NCBI GenBank assembly: GCA_001823055.1
Contig: MHTH01000005.1
Coordinates: forward strand, 34,667 to 98,666
Source: Candidatus Vogelbacteria bacterium RIFOXYB1_FULL_42_16
Lineage (GTDB): Bacteria; Patescibacteriota; Minisyncoccia; Phycocordibacterales; XYD1-FULL-46-19
Direction of reading: 5' to 3'
Length of the DNA stretch: 64,000 bases
Part shown: in pieces, positions 56,682 through 64,000 of the stretch
Numbering within the stretch: position 1 is the first letter of the stretch
How the letters are laid out: every line of letters begins with the position of its first letter
Made by a program: the position numbers and the translations under genes
Notes under the pieces: model-generated
Told to the model about the DNA's origin: nothing
The model's input: the letters and a program-made list of their open reading frames with translations, nothing else
The model's database searches: none

Positions 56682-56869
56682 GTCGCGGTCTTCGTTTCTT
56701 TTGTCCGGGTTGGTGTTTTTATACACTAACCCGGCTTTTTTGTTATTTTTTAGACTACATTTTTTAGACCTTGACAATATCTTGCTTTTTTATAACAAGT
56801 GTGGTAGTAATAGCCGAAGGTTTAAAGATAAACCAAAGTCGTTTTTATTAACAATATAGAGCTAAAAAT

Positions 56870-57475
56870 ATGAAGAATTTACTCAAATTTGTCGCTGTTT
56901 CAGCTTTGGTTGTAGTGATTGGTTCCTCTGTCGCTTATGCGGCGATGACGGCCACTATTACTTCACCAACGGCTGGTGCTGTCTACAATGTTGGTCAAAC
57001 TGTTAACTTGGGTGCCAATAGCACTGATGCTACCGGTGCGGTCAACTATGTTTGGTCATTTAGCGATGGCACGGCCAGTATTACTGGTCAGAACCAATCC
57101 GTGACTTTTGCTACTGCTGGTAGTAAGACTATCACTTTATTGGCTGGCGATGCTTCTGGCGTCAATGATACCAAGACGGTGGATGTCACTGTTAACGATG
57201 TCACTACCGCTTTGGCGATTTCCAATGTTCGCGTGACCGACATCACCACCAACAGCGCGATCGTTCGTTGGACCACCAATCGGATCTCGAATAGTCGGGT
57301 CATCTTTGACACGACTTCTCATGCCAGTATCGCTGGCGCGACCGCTCCGAATTATGGTTATGCCAATTCGACCGGTACTAGCGATGTTGACACCAAAGTC
57401 GTCGAACATGCTGTCACTGTCACCGGTTTGTCAGCCAATACTCAATATTACTTCCGAGTAATCTCGGCCGAGTAA
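56870..57475 (+). CDS. Secreted protein with PKD-like and fibronectin type III-like domains
   Basis: Signal peptide MKNLLKFVAVSALVVVIGSSVAYA. VNYVWSFSDGT...TKTVDVTV (PKD-like). VRVTDITTNSAIVRWTT...NTQYYFRV (FN3-like). Confidence 0.55.
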   Translation: MKNLLKFVAVSALVVVIGSSVAYAAMTATITSPTAGAVYNVGQTVNLGANSTDATGAVNYVWSFSDGTASITGQNQSVTFATAGSKTITLLAGDASGVNDTKTVDVTVNDVTTALAISNVRVTDITTNSAIVRWTTNRISNSRVIFDTTSHASIAGATAPNYGYANSTGTSDVDTKVVEHAVTVTGLSANTQYYFRVISAE

Positions 57476-57511
57476 TAATAAAAGATAAAAACGACTGGGT
57501 TTAACTGAAAA

Positions 57512-57550
57512 AATACCCCTGCCCTCTTGAAAGAGGTCAGGGGTATTTTG
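57512..57550 (+). terminator. Rho-independent terminator (ATACCCCTGCCCTCTT-ga-AAGAGGTCAGGGGTATTTTGCTT)
   Basis: 16-bp stem with one mismatch, followed by a T-run. Confidence 0.7.
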
Positions 57551-57647
57551 CTTGAAAATATTTTCTCGGTTATGCTTAACTGTATGAGTAATACCCTGAT
57601 TCTAATTTTAGCTTTTTTATTTCTGGCTTTTATTATCCTGACCCAAT

Positions 57648-58628
57648 TTGTATTTGTCTATCAATACTAAGATGAGCCAGATGACTCTTGATAAAATTTT
57701 ACCCCAAATAAAAAAGAGGGTTTGTTTAGCGGAAAAAACCTATTTTCAATTGGGTGGTCCAGCTCGCTATTTTTTGGAAACGAACAATGTTAAAGAATTA
57801 ATTGAAGCTGTCAAAACCGCTAAACATCTAAAAATTCCAGCATTAGTCCTAGGTGGGGGCAGTAATGTCGCGGTAGCTGATCGAGGTTGGTCCGGCTTGG
57901 TCGTCAAATTTCATCGTCAAAAACCACGAGCTAAAACTTGCCAGCTAGTTGGTCGCGAATTCATTTGTGAAGCTAGCGCTCCCTTGGCCTATTTAGTCAG
58001 GCAATCGATTCGTCGCCATTTGGCTGGCTTGGAAAAATTAGCTGGTATTCCCGGTTGTGTCAGTGGAGCGCTGGTGGGGAATGCTGGCGCTTATGGCGTA
58101 GCGATCAGCGATCATTTGGCTTGGGTGGAAATCTTTGACGGTCAAAAAATCCGCCGAGTCGATCGAACCGCTTGTCATTTTGGTTATCGCGATAGCATTT
58201 TTAAACATCGACCGTGGGTGGTGCTTCGAGCTGGTTTTATTTTGCCAAAAGGTGACCAGAAAATTTTATTAGCCGAGGCCAGAAAAATTATTAAAATTAG
58301 AGCCGGTAAATATCCGGTCGACTTGAAATGCCCGGGCAGTTTTTTTAAAAATATCCCTGTCCAAAAATTAACAAAAAAAGTTTTAGCCCAAATTGATCAA
58401 GCCAAAATTATCGAAGGCAAATTGCCGGTCGCTTTTTTACTTGAATCAGTCGGGGCCAAAGGTGAGCGAGTGGGTGATATGGCGGTGTCGGATTTCCATG
58501 CCAATTTTATTCTCAACCTTGGTCGGGGTAAATTTTCTGATCTAAAAAAACTTGTCGCTAAACTAAAAGTAAAAGTCAAAAAAAAATTTGGCATTGTCTT
58601 GGCAGAAGAGGTGAGGTATATTGGTTGA
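57648..58628 (+). CDS. murB: UDP-N-acetylenolpyruvoylglucosamine reductase MurB
   Basis: FAD-binding N-terminus (FQLGGPARYF...ALVLGGGSNV), GNAGAYG motif, and the C-terminal MurB domain. The start may be the ATG at 57672. Confidence 0.85.
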   Translation: MYLSINTKMSQMTLDKILPQIKKRVCLAEKTYFQLGGPARYFLETNNVKELIEAVKTAKHLKIPALVLGGGSNVAVADRGWSGLVVKFHRQKPRAKTCQLVGREFICEASAPLAYLVRQSIRRHLAGLEKLAGIPGCVSGALVGNAGAYGVAISDHLAWVEIFDGQKIRRVDRTACHFGYRDSIFKHRPWVVLRAGFILPKGDQKILLAEARKIIKIRAGKYPVDLKCPGSFFKNIPVQKLTKKVLAQIDQAKIIEGKLPVAFLLESVGAKGERVGDMAVSDFHANFILNLGRGKFSDLKKLVAKLKVKVKKKFGIVLAEEVRYIG

Positions 58629-58631
58629 AAG

Positions 58632-59081
58632 ATGGAAAACTTGGAACAAAAATCTTGGGAAGATCCCGACAAGGATACAATAGAAAAGTTGATGGCTAAA
58701 GATCAACAAAATACCAAAGATAGTTTGGCGCAGATTGAAAGTGCGGTCGTAGCTGGCAAAGCAGTGGAGATCCCCAGTGACGAGGCGGAGGAATTAATCA
58801 ATACTTATCGCCGTCATGTTATGTCGGGTCAGACCGTTAAAAAATATCAAGTCATGGCCGATTTTTTAAATAAACTCAAAGAGCAAGCGCCTCTTATCGT
58901 TTACTCCCTTCTTTATCATCGTCTGATTTACAGCACACCACCGGCCGAAGTGACAAAGTTTATTGATGTAGTGGCGGATGGCCAAGTAATCAAGGAGTCA
59001 ATGGTGGATTTTATGAAAAAACAAATTACCGAAATCGATGAAGAGACCGAAACCGTTCAAAAAACTTCACCACAAATTTAG
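58632..59081 (+). CDS. Hypothetical protein
   Basis: 149-aa ORF tightly following murB. No recognisable motif. Confidence 0.4.
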   Translation: MENLEQKSWEDPDKDTIEKLMAKDQQNTKDSLAQIESAVVAGKAVEIPSDEAEELINTYRRHVMSGQTVKKYQVMADFLNKLKEQAPLIVYSLLYHRLIYSTPPAEVTKFIDVVADGQVIKESMVDFMKKQITEIDEETETVQKTSPQI

Positions 59082-59146
59082 TTTTATTCAATCTTTACTA
59101 AGCATCATTTTTGTTTTTAGCTTAGAGTAGAAAGGAGGTGGTCGTG

Positions 59147-59464
59147 ATGTCAAAAGACTTGCGGGAACTGTGTTTGATTGGTAGCCGTTGGCCGGTGGTC
59201 TGGCCTCCATTTGCTAGCCGTCTCGTCAAAGTCCATCGATCAATCGAAATGTGTTGCTGGGGTGGCGCTTGTTCGGTGCCATTTTGGTACGATCTGCCGG
59301 CTGGTATCCACGAGTTGGAATTGGTCCATAGCCAAATTCATCCGGAAGAGTCTTGGTATGTCGTTGAATTGTTTCCGGACTTTCGGTTGGGTTGCACTGT
59401 GGATGCTTGGGAGATCATCTTTTTGGCTTCGGGCTGGGTAACGCCCTTAGCAACCTCAAATTGA
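59147..59464 (+). CDS. Hypothetical small Cys/Trp-rich protein (GC-rich gene)
   Basis: RBS AAAGGAGGTG 8 nt upstream of ATG 59147. Followed by the terminator at 59465. Confidence 0.35.
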   Translation: MSKDLRELCLIGSRWPVVWPPFASRLVKVHRSIEMCCWGGACSVPFWYDLPAGIHELELVHSQIHPEESWYVVELFPDFRLGCTVDAWEIIFLASGWVTPLATSN

Positions 59465-59500
59465 AGGCCGGAACGTTTTTTACCACGTGCCGGCCTTTTC
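59465..59500 (+). terminator. Rho-independent terminator (AAGGCCGG...CCGGCCTTTT)
   Basis: 8-bp GC stem with a large loop and a T-run. Confidence 0.55.
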
Positions 59501-59712
59501 CTTTGCGATTTTAATGTTAGAATAGCTCTACACTAAGTTTCTTTGAATTACCAAACTCTTTATCGCCAGCAAACTTTTTAGGGTACGGATTTTTCGAAGC
59601 TTGAAAAATCCTGAAGTTTTCGCGCCGTCGCGCTCAAAACCCCCAAAAAAGTTTCTGCCTCAACGAGTTTAGTAATTCAAAATAGATTTATTTTAAATGA
59701 TGTAAATTATTT

Positions 59713-61140
59713 ATGAATACAAATGGCTATCAATTGACTGTTGGTTTGGAAATTCACGTCGAGCTTAAAACCAAGACTAAAATGTTTTGTCGGTGTTTAA
59801 ACGACTCAACAGAAAAAAGACCAAATGTGAACATCTGTCCGGTGTGTACCGCTCAACCGGGGGCGCTACCGGTTATCAACAAAGAGGCGGTTCGTCAAGT
59901 TTTGCGGGTCGGGGTGGCGGTCGGTGGCGATTTGGCCGATTTTACCGAATTTGATCGCAAAAATTATTTTTATCCCGATATTCCCAAAGGTTATCAGATT
60001 AGTCAGTATCAATATCCGTTGGTGACTGGTGGTAATTTAAGTGGAGTAAAAATTACTCGCGTTCATTTGGAAGAAGACACTGCCAAGTCTTTTCATGAAG
60101 CTGGGCGAAAAGAAAGTCTAGTCGATTTCAATCGTTCTTCTTTGCCATTAATGGAGCTAGTGACCGAGCCGGTGATTCATGATGCCAAGACGGCTGGTAA
60201 TTTTGCCAAAGAATTGCAATTGTTGTTGCGCTATTTAGGCGCGTCCGAAGCCAATATGGAACAGGGTCAAATGCGAGTCGAGGCCAATATCTCGGTCTCG
60301 AAGGATCCAGCTAAATTAGGAACCAAAGTCGAAGTCAAAAATCTCAATTCTTTTCGCTCGGTGGAGAAGGCGATTGAATTTGAGATGAAGCGTCAGATCG
60401 AGGCTTTGGAAAAGGGTGAGGAGATTGTCCAAGAAACATGTGGTTGGGATGAAAACAAGCAAGTGACATTTAGTCAACGCAAGAAAGAGTCATCACACGA
60501 TTATCGTTATTTTCCCGATCCGGATTTGCCAAAATTATTCATTGGTCAATTACCGGAATTGACCAAGGCTGAATTGGAAAAAACTTTGCCGGAACTGCCT
60601 TGGCAGAGGCGCGAACGCTTGATCAGTGTTTTTGGTCTCAAAAGCGAAGATGTCGAAATGTACGTGGCCGACGATGAACTCGGCGCCTTTATCGAGGAAG
60701 TCGCTAAAAATTTGAGTGATGACAAGGTTTTGGTTCAACTCGCTTCCAATTACCTAACTTCTGATGTGGCTGGTAAACGTAAGACTGGCGAGCTGAAGCT
60801 ATTGCCACCGGCAACTGATTTTGCCGATTTGATTAAAATGGTCAGTGCACAAGAAGTATCTTCGCGTGGCGCCAAAGATATTTTGTTGGTGATGGTAACC
60901 GAGGGTGGCGCACCAAAAACGATTGCTGAAATCAAAGGCCTGTTTCAAATTCATGATGAAGGAGCCGTGGCCAAGGTGGTGGATGAAGTCATCGCTGAAT
61001 TTGGTACCGTTTTTGCCGAATATCAAAATGGCAAAGAAGCCTCGCTCCAATTCTTGATTGGCCAAGGGATGAAAAAAGGTCAGGGGGCGACCAATCCGGA
61101 AACTCTTAAAAAATTGTTTATAGAAAGAGCAAAAAAGTAG
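59713..61140 (+). CDS. gatB: Aspartyl/glutamyl-tRNA(Asn/Gln) amidotransferase subunit B
   Basis: N-terminal YQLTVGLEIHVEL...CPVC...QPGALP GatB signature, and a C-terminal GatB/YqeY domain. Confidence 0.95.
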   Translation: MNTNGYQLTVGLEIHVELKTKTKMFCRCLNDSTEKRPNVNICPVCTAQPGALPVINKEAVRQVLRVGVAVGGDLADFTEFDRKNYFYPDIPKGYQISQYQYPLVTGGNLSGVKITRVHLEEDTAKSFHEAGRKESLVDFNRSSLPLMELVTEPVIHDAKTAGNFAKELQLLLRYLGASEANMEQGQMRVEANISVSKDPAKLGTKVEVKNLNSFRSVEKAIEFEMKRQIEALEKGEEIVQETCGWDENKQVTFSQRKKESSHDYRYFPDPDLPKLFIGQLPELTKAELEKTLPELPWQRRERLISVFGLKSEDVEMYVADDELGAFIEEVAKNLSDDKVLVQLASNYLTSDVAGKRKTGELKLLPPATDFADLIKMVSAQEVSSRGAKDILLVMVTEGGAPKTIAEIKGLFQIHDEGAVAKVVDEVIAEFGTVFAEYQNGKEASLQFLIGQGMKKGQGATNPETLKKLFIERAKK

Positions 61141-61147
61141 GCGTTTT

Positions 61148-61192
61148 GAAACACCCCCAATGCCAGTTTGGCATTGGGGGTGTTTCTTGTTA
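61148..61192 (+). terminator. Rho-independent terminator (GAAACACCCCCAATGCCA-gttt-GGCATTGGGGGTGTTTCTTGTT)
   Basis: 18-bp perfect stem followed by a T-rich tail. Confidence 0.8.
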
Positions 61193-61232
61193 AAATCAAG
61201 ATAGTTAAAATTTTAATTTAGAAATAATTTTT

Positions 61233-62246
61233 ATGGTCAAAGTAGCAATTAATGGTTTGGGACGAATCGGCCGGGCGTTTTTAAAAGTGGCGACAGACAA
61301 TCCGCAGATTGAAATCGTCGCGGTCAATGATTTGGGTGATTTGGACAATTTAGCCTATCTTCTAAAATACGACAGCGCTTATGGTAAATGGTCGCATGAG
61401 GTCAAGGCGGAAAATGGCCAGATGGTGATCGATGGCAAAGCCATTCGTTTTTGTCAGGAAAAAGATCCAGCCAATTTGCCATGGAAAGAATTGTCAGTGG
61501 ATGTGGTGGTGGAGTCGACTGGTGTTTTTGAAACTTTTGCTAAAGCCAAAGCACATATTGATGCCGGCGCCCGCAAGGCTGTCATCTCCGCACCGGTCAA
61601 AGATGCACCGATTGCCGACACACCCAGTGGCACTTTTTTACTGGGGATCAATGACGAGACTTTATCAAACCAGATTCTAACTTCCAATGGTTCTTGCACG
61701 ACCAACTGTGCTGCGCCGGTGATTAAAATTTTAGACGAAGCCATTGGGATCGAAAAAGCGCTCCTCAATACCACTCATGGCTATACTGCAACGCAAAAGC
61801 TGGTGGATGTCGCTGACGCTAAAGATTGGCGGCGGGGTCGAGCGGGAGCAGTCAACTTGATTCCTTCGACTACGGGAGCGGCCATCGCCGTTGGTCAAGT
61901 GATTCCAGCGATGCAGGGTAAATTTGATGGCATCGCCGTGCGCGTACCGGTCATTACCGGCTCGATGATTGATGTCACTTTTATTGCCAAACGGGATACA
62001 ACGGTGGAGGAGGTTAATGAAGCGCTGGCCAAAGCGGCGCAGGATCCGCGTTGGCAAAAAACTTTTACGGTTACCAAAGAAGCTCTCGTCTCGTCCGATA
62101 TTTTGGGCGACTCGCATGCTTCGATTGCCGATTTGAGCTACACCAAAGTCGTCGGTGGCAATTTAGTCAAAGTCATGGCGTGGTACGACAACGAAATGGG
62201 ATACACCCACTCGTTGGTCGAACATGTGATTAAATTAGCATCATAA
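61233..62246 (+). CDS. gap: Glyceraldehyde-3-phosphate dehydrogenase
   Basis: INGLGRIGR NAD motif and the SNGSCTTNCAAP active-site Cys motif. Confidence 0.95.
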   Translation: MVKVAINGLGRIGRAFLKVATDNPQIEIVAVNDLGDLDNLAYLLKYDSAYGKWSHEVKAENGQMVIDGKAIRFCQEKDPANLPWKELSVDVVVESTGVFETFAKAKAHIDAGARKAVISAPVKDAPIADTPSGTFLLGINDETLSNQILTSNGSCTTNCAAPVIKILDEAIGIEKALLNTTHGYTATQKLVDVADAKDWRRGRAGAVNLIPSTTGAAIAVGQVIPAMQGKFDGIAVRVPVITGSMIDVTFIAKRDTTVEEVNEALAKAAQDPRWQKTFTVTKEALVSSDILGDSHASIADLSYTKVVGGNLVKVMAWYDNEMGYTHSLVEHVIKLAS

Positions 62247-62258
62247 ATTTTAAACGGG

Positions 62259-62726
62259 ATGAGAATTTTTTTAGGCACAGATCATGCCGGGTTTGAATTA
62301 AAAAATAAACTGAAAATTTATTTACGTGAACTTGGCTATGAAGTCAACGACGAGGGGGCTTTTAATTTGGACCCGGAGGATGATTATCCCGATTTTGTCG
62401 ATATTGTCGCCAAGCAGGTCCAAAGCGATCCAGCCAATCATCGGGGTATAGTTTTGGGCGCTTCTGGTCAAGGTGAAGCCATGATGGCCAATCGCCACGC
62501 TAAAGTCCGAGCCACGGTTTATTGCATGTCCAATCTCGATATTATTAAAATGTCTCGCTTACACAACGACGCCAATGTTTTGTCGCTCGGGGCGCGTTAT
62601 TTGACCGAGGCCGATGCCAAGGAAGCGGTGCGAGTCTGGTTGTCGACCGAATTTTCCGGTGAAGCTCGACATATCCGTCGTTTGCGTAAATTGGATGGCG
62701 AGATAAGTAGTGAGTTAAGTTTCTAA
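62259..62726 (+). CDS. rpiB: Ribose-5-phosphate isomerase B (RpiB/LacAB family)
   Basis: MRIFLGTDHAGFELK N-terminus and size typical of RpiB. Confidence 0.9.
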   Translation: MRIFLGTDHAGFELKNKLKIYLRELGYEVNDEGAFNLDPEDDYPDFVDIVAKQVQSDPANHRGIVLGASGQGEAMMANRHAKVRATVYCMSNLDIIKMSRLHNDANVLSLGARYLTEADAKEAVRVWLSTEFSGEARHIRRLRKLDGEISSELSF

Positions 62727-62752
62727 CCTGTCCTGTTAAAAATCACAAAAAA

Positions 62753-63388
62753 ATGAGTATAGAAATTATCCCTTCAATCGTCAGCCCTAATTTTTCTGAT
62801 TTGCAGAAGAAAATTAAATTATTGGCTGGACAGGTGGAGTGGGTGGAAATCGATGTGGCCGATGGCGTTTTTGCTACCAATCAAACTTTTCAAGAACCGG
62901 CCTTGTTAAACGAACTAGACGATCAGACTAAAATCTCGGTGCATTTGATGGTGGAAATACCAGAGACGGTCATCGAAGAATGGCTACCAGTAGCTGATCG
63001 CTTGGTGGTGCATTTGGAATCAACAGAAAATTTGGCTGATATTTTAGCTAAATACCAGAAAAACCATCAAGAAATCGTCGTGGCGCTAAATTTAGAAACG
63101 CCGGTGGAAAAAATCGCGCCCTTTGTCAAAGAAATAAAAACTGTGCAATTGATGAGTATTAAGCGTCTTGGTTTTCAGGGTGAAGATTTTTGTCCGGAAG
63201 TGTTAGAAAAAATAAAAGCGGTAAAAACTAACTGGCCGAATTTGAAAGTGGTAGTCGATGGGGGAGTAAATTTAACTAACGCCAAAGAATTAACTCAAGC
63301 CGGCGCCGATGCTTTAGTGATAGGCTCTGCGATCTGGGTAAACAAAGAACCGTTAGTAGTCTTAAAAGAATTACAGAAAATTGCTTAG
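62753..63388 (+). CDS. rpe: Ribulose-phosphate 3-epimerase
   Basis: IIPSIVSPNFSDL...VDGGVN...GSAIW motifs of Rpe TIM-barrel proteins. Confidence 0.85.
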   Translation: MSIEIIPSIVSPNFSDLQKKIKLLAGQVEWVEIDVADGVFATNQTFQEPALLNELDDQTKISVHLMVEIPETVIEEWLPVADRLVVHLESTENLADILAKYQKNHQEIVVALNLETPVEKIAPFVKEIKTVQLMSIKRLGFQGEDFCPEVLEKIKAVKTNWPNLKVVVDGGVNLTNAKELTQAGADALVIGSAIWVNKEPLVVLKELQKIA

Positions 63389-63432
63389 CTCAGTTTTGCG
63401 CGTTGATATTTTATTGCACGGATAGTCGAATA

Positions 63433-63516
63433 AATTTGTCAAAAAAACTTTCTTAATTTCAAAATGGGTGGGCTTGGACCTGGGTTTTGAAATTAAGAAA
63501 GTTTTTTTGACAAATT
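63433..63516. repeat. 84-bp perfect hairpin: 32-bp AT-rich inverted repeat arms flanking a GC-rich 20-nt loop (TGGGTGGGCTTGGACCTGGG)
   Basis: AATTTGTCAAAAAAACTTTCTTAATTTCAAAA ... TTTTGAAATTAAGAAAGTTTTTTTGACAAATT are exact reverse complements. Located between rpe and tkt. Confidence 0.85.
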
Positions 63517-63570
63517 TTGTTTGTGAGTTTTTCATATTCTCATTAGTATTTTTGAGGTATAATTAAGTGG

Positions 63571-64000
63571 ATGTTAAATGATGGTAAAATAAAATTGTTA
63601 GAAGAAAAAGCGCGGGCGATTCGCCGTCTGGTGATTAATATGCTCGTCGAAGCGCGTTCGGGTCACACCGCTAGTCCTTTAGGCACAGCGGATATTTTGG
63701 CTCTACTTTATTTTCATACCTTAAAACATGATCCGAAACGACCAGACTGGAATGAGCGTGATATTTTTGTTTTATCCAGTGGTCACATTTGTCCAGTCCT
63801 TTATGCTGCCATGTCGCTGGCTGGCTATTTGCCGGAAAAAGAACTTTCCACTTTACGTCGCTTCGGTTCGCGTCTGCAAGGACATCCGCATCGGGAGTGG
63901 TTGCCGGGGCTCGAGACCTCTTCTGGTCCGCTCGGTTCCGGTTTAGCCCAGGCGGTGGGCATGGCTTTGGGTCTGCGTTTGGATAATCTACACACCAGTC
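63571..64000 (+). CDS. tkt: Transketolase, N-terminal (thiamine-diphosphate-binding) section, 3'-partial at window end
   Basis: Translation MLNDGKIKLL...RSGHTASPLGTADILALLYF...SSGPLGSGLAQAVGMALG carries the TK N-terminal GH...GPLGQG-type motifs. Not in the ORF track because it has no stop within the window. Confidence 0.85.
   Translation, partial: MLNDGKIKLLEEKARAIRRLVINMLVEARSGHTASPLGTADILALLYFHTLKHDPKRPDWNERDIFVLSSGHICPVLYAAMSLAGYLPEKELSTLRRFGSRLQGHPHREWLPGLETSSGPLGSGLAQAVGMALGLRLDNLHTS

Noticed and set aside
56031-56777. 248-aa minus-strand ORF overlapping the lipoprotein gene
   Set aside because: A GC-rich region gives long open antisense frames. The + strand ORF has a convincing lipoprotein signal peptide with lipobox and an RBS, whereas the - ORF has neither.
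1-64000. CRISPR arrays, rRNA or tRNA genes, and transposase or integrase genes
   Set aside because: A scan for regularly spaced direct repeats, tRNA T-arm motifs and rRNA-like conserved stretches found none. No ORF resembles a transposase or integrase. The only retroelement is the DGR.

Overview
This is a low-GC (roughly 35-40%) bacterial chromosomal segment with small, tightly packed genes, mostly on the + strand. The gene content and style look like a Candidate Phyla Radiation / Patescibacteria genome, though that placement is inference, not proof: murC, murB, secA, gatB, a gap-rpiB-rpe-split-tkt block, a very large glycosyltransferase and sugar-nucleotide locus, and a Wzy_C-TPR membrane protein.

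The main system is a complete diversity-generating retroelement (DGR) at about 1.6-5.2 kb. It has a 612-aa target gene whose last ~43 codons form the variable repeat (VR). A 128-bp template repeat (TR) downstream differs from the VR at 22 positions, and every one is an adenine in the TR. An Avd-like four-helix-bundle gene sits on the opposite strand, followed by a DGR-type reverse transcriptase with the (I/L)GxxxSQ motif.

The rest of the window is dominated by a surface-glycan biosynthesis locus of about 40 kb. It holds at least 14 glycosyltransferases and a Gmd-ColD-ColC set consistent with GDP-colitose synthesis. There is a second Gmd-like / DegT aminotransferase / TylF methyltransferase set, and NeuB, a CMP-sugar cytidylyltransferase and a KdsC-type phosphatase consistent with a nonulosonic acid pathway. 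A B12-radical SAM enzyme, several SAM methyltransferases, a Wzx-like flippase, GtrA and an O-antigen-ligase-TPR protein complete the locus.

Other notable items:
- A VTC / DUF4956 / CotH three-gene module.
- Several unusual DNA elements: a perfect 48-bp in-frame palindrome inside murC; two copies of a ~125-bp palindromic element whose stems covary and which donate the start codon of the downstream gene; an 84-bp perfect hairpin between rpe and tkt; and a GC-rich repeat encoding GYGEAKPASAK shared in-frame by secA and a VirD4/TraG-like ATPase gene.
- A ~1-kb gene-free stretch upstream of secA with a candidate promoter-to-terminator sRNA, an extremely AT-rich tract with DnaA-box-like 9-mers, and a 20-aa poly-Lys/Ala ORF with its own terminator.
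- GC-rich islands with canonical AAAGGAGGTG ribosome-binding sites (rSAM, SDR+NeuB, a lipoprotein, one small ORF) that suggest horizontally acquired genes.

No tRNA, rRNA or CRISPR array was detected by eye.
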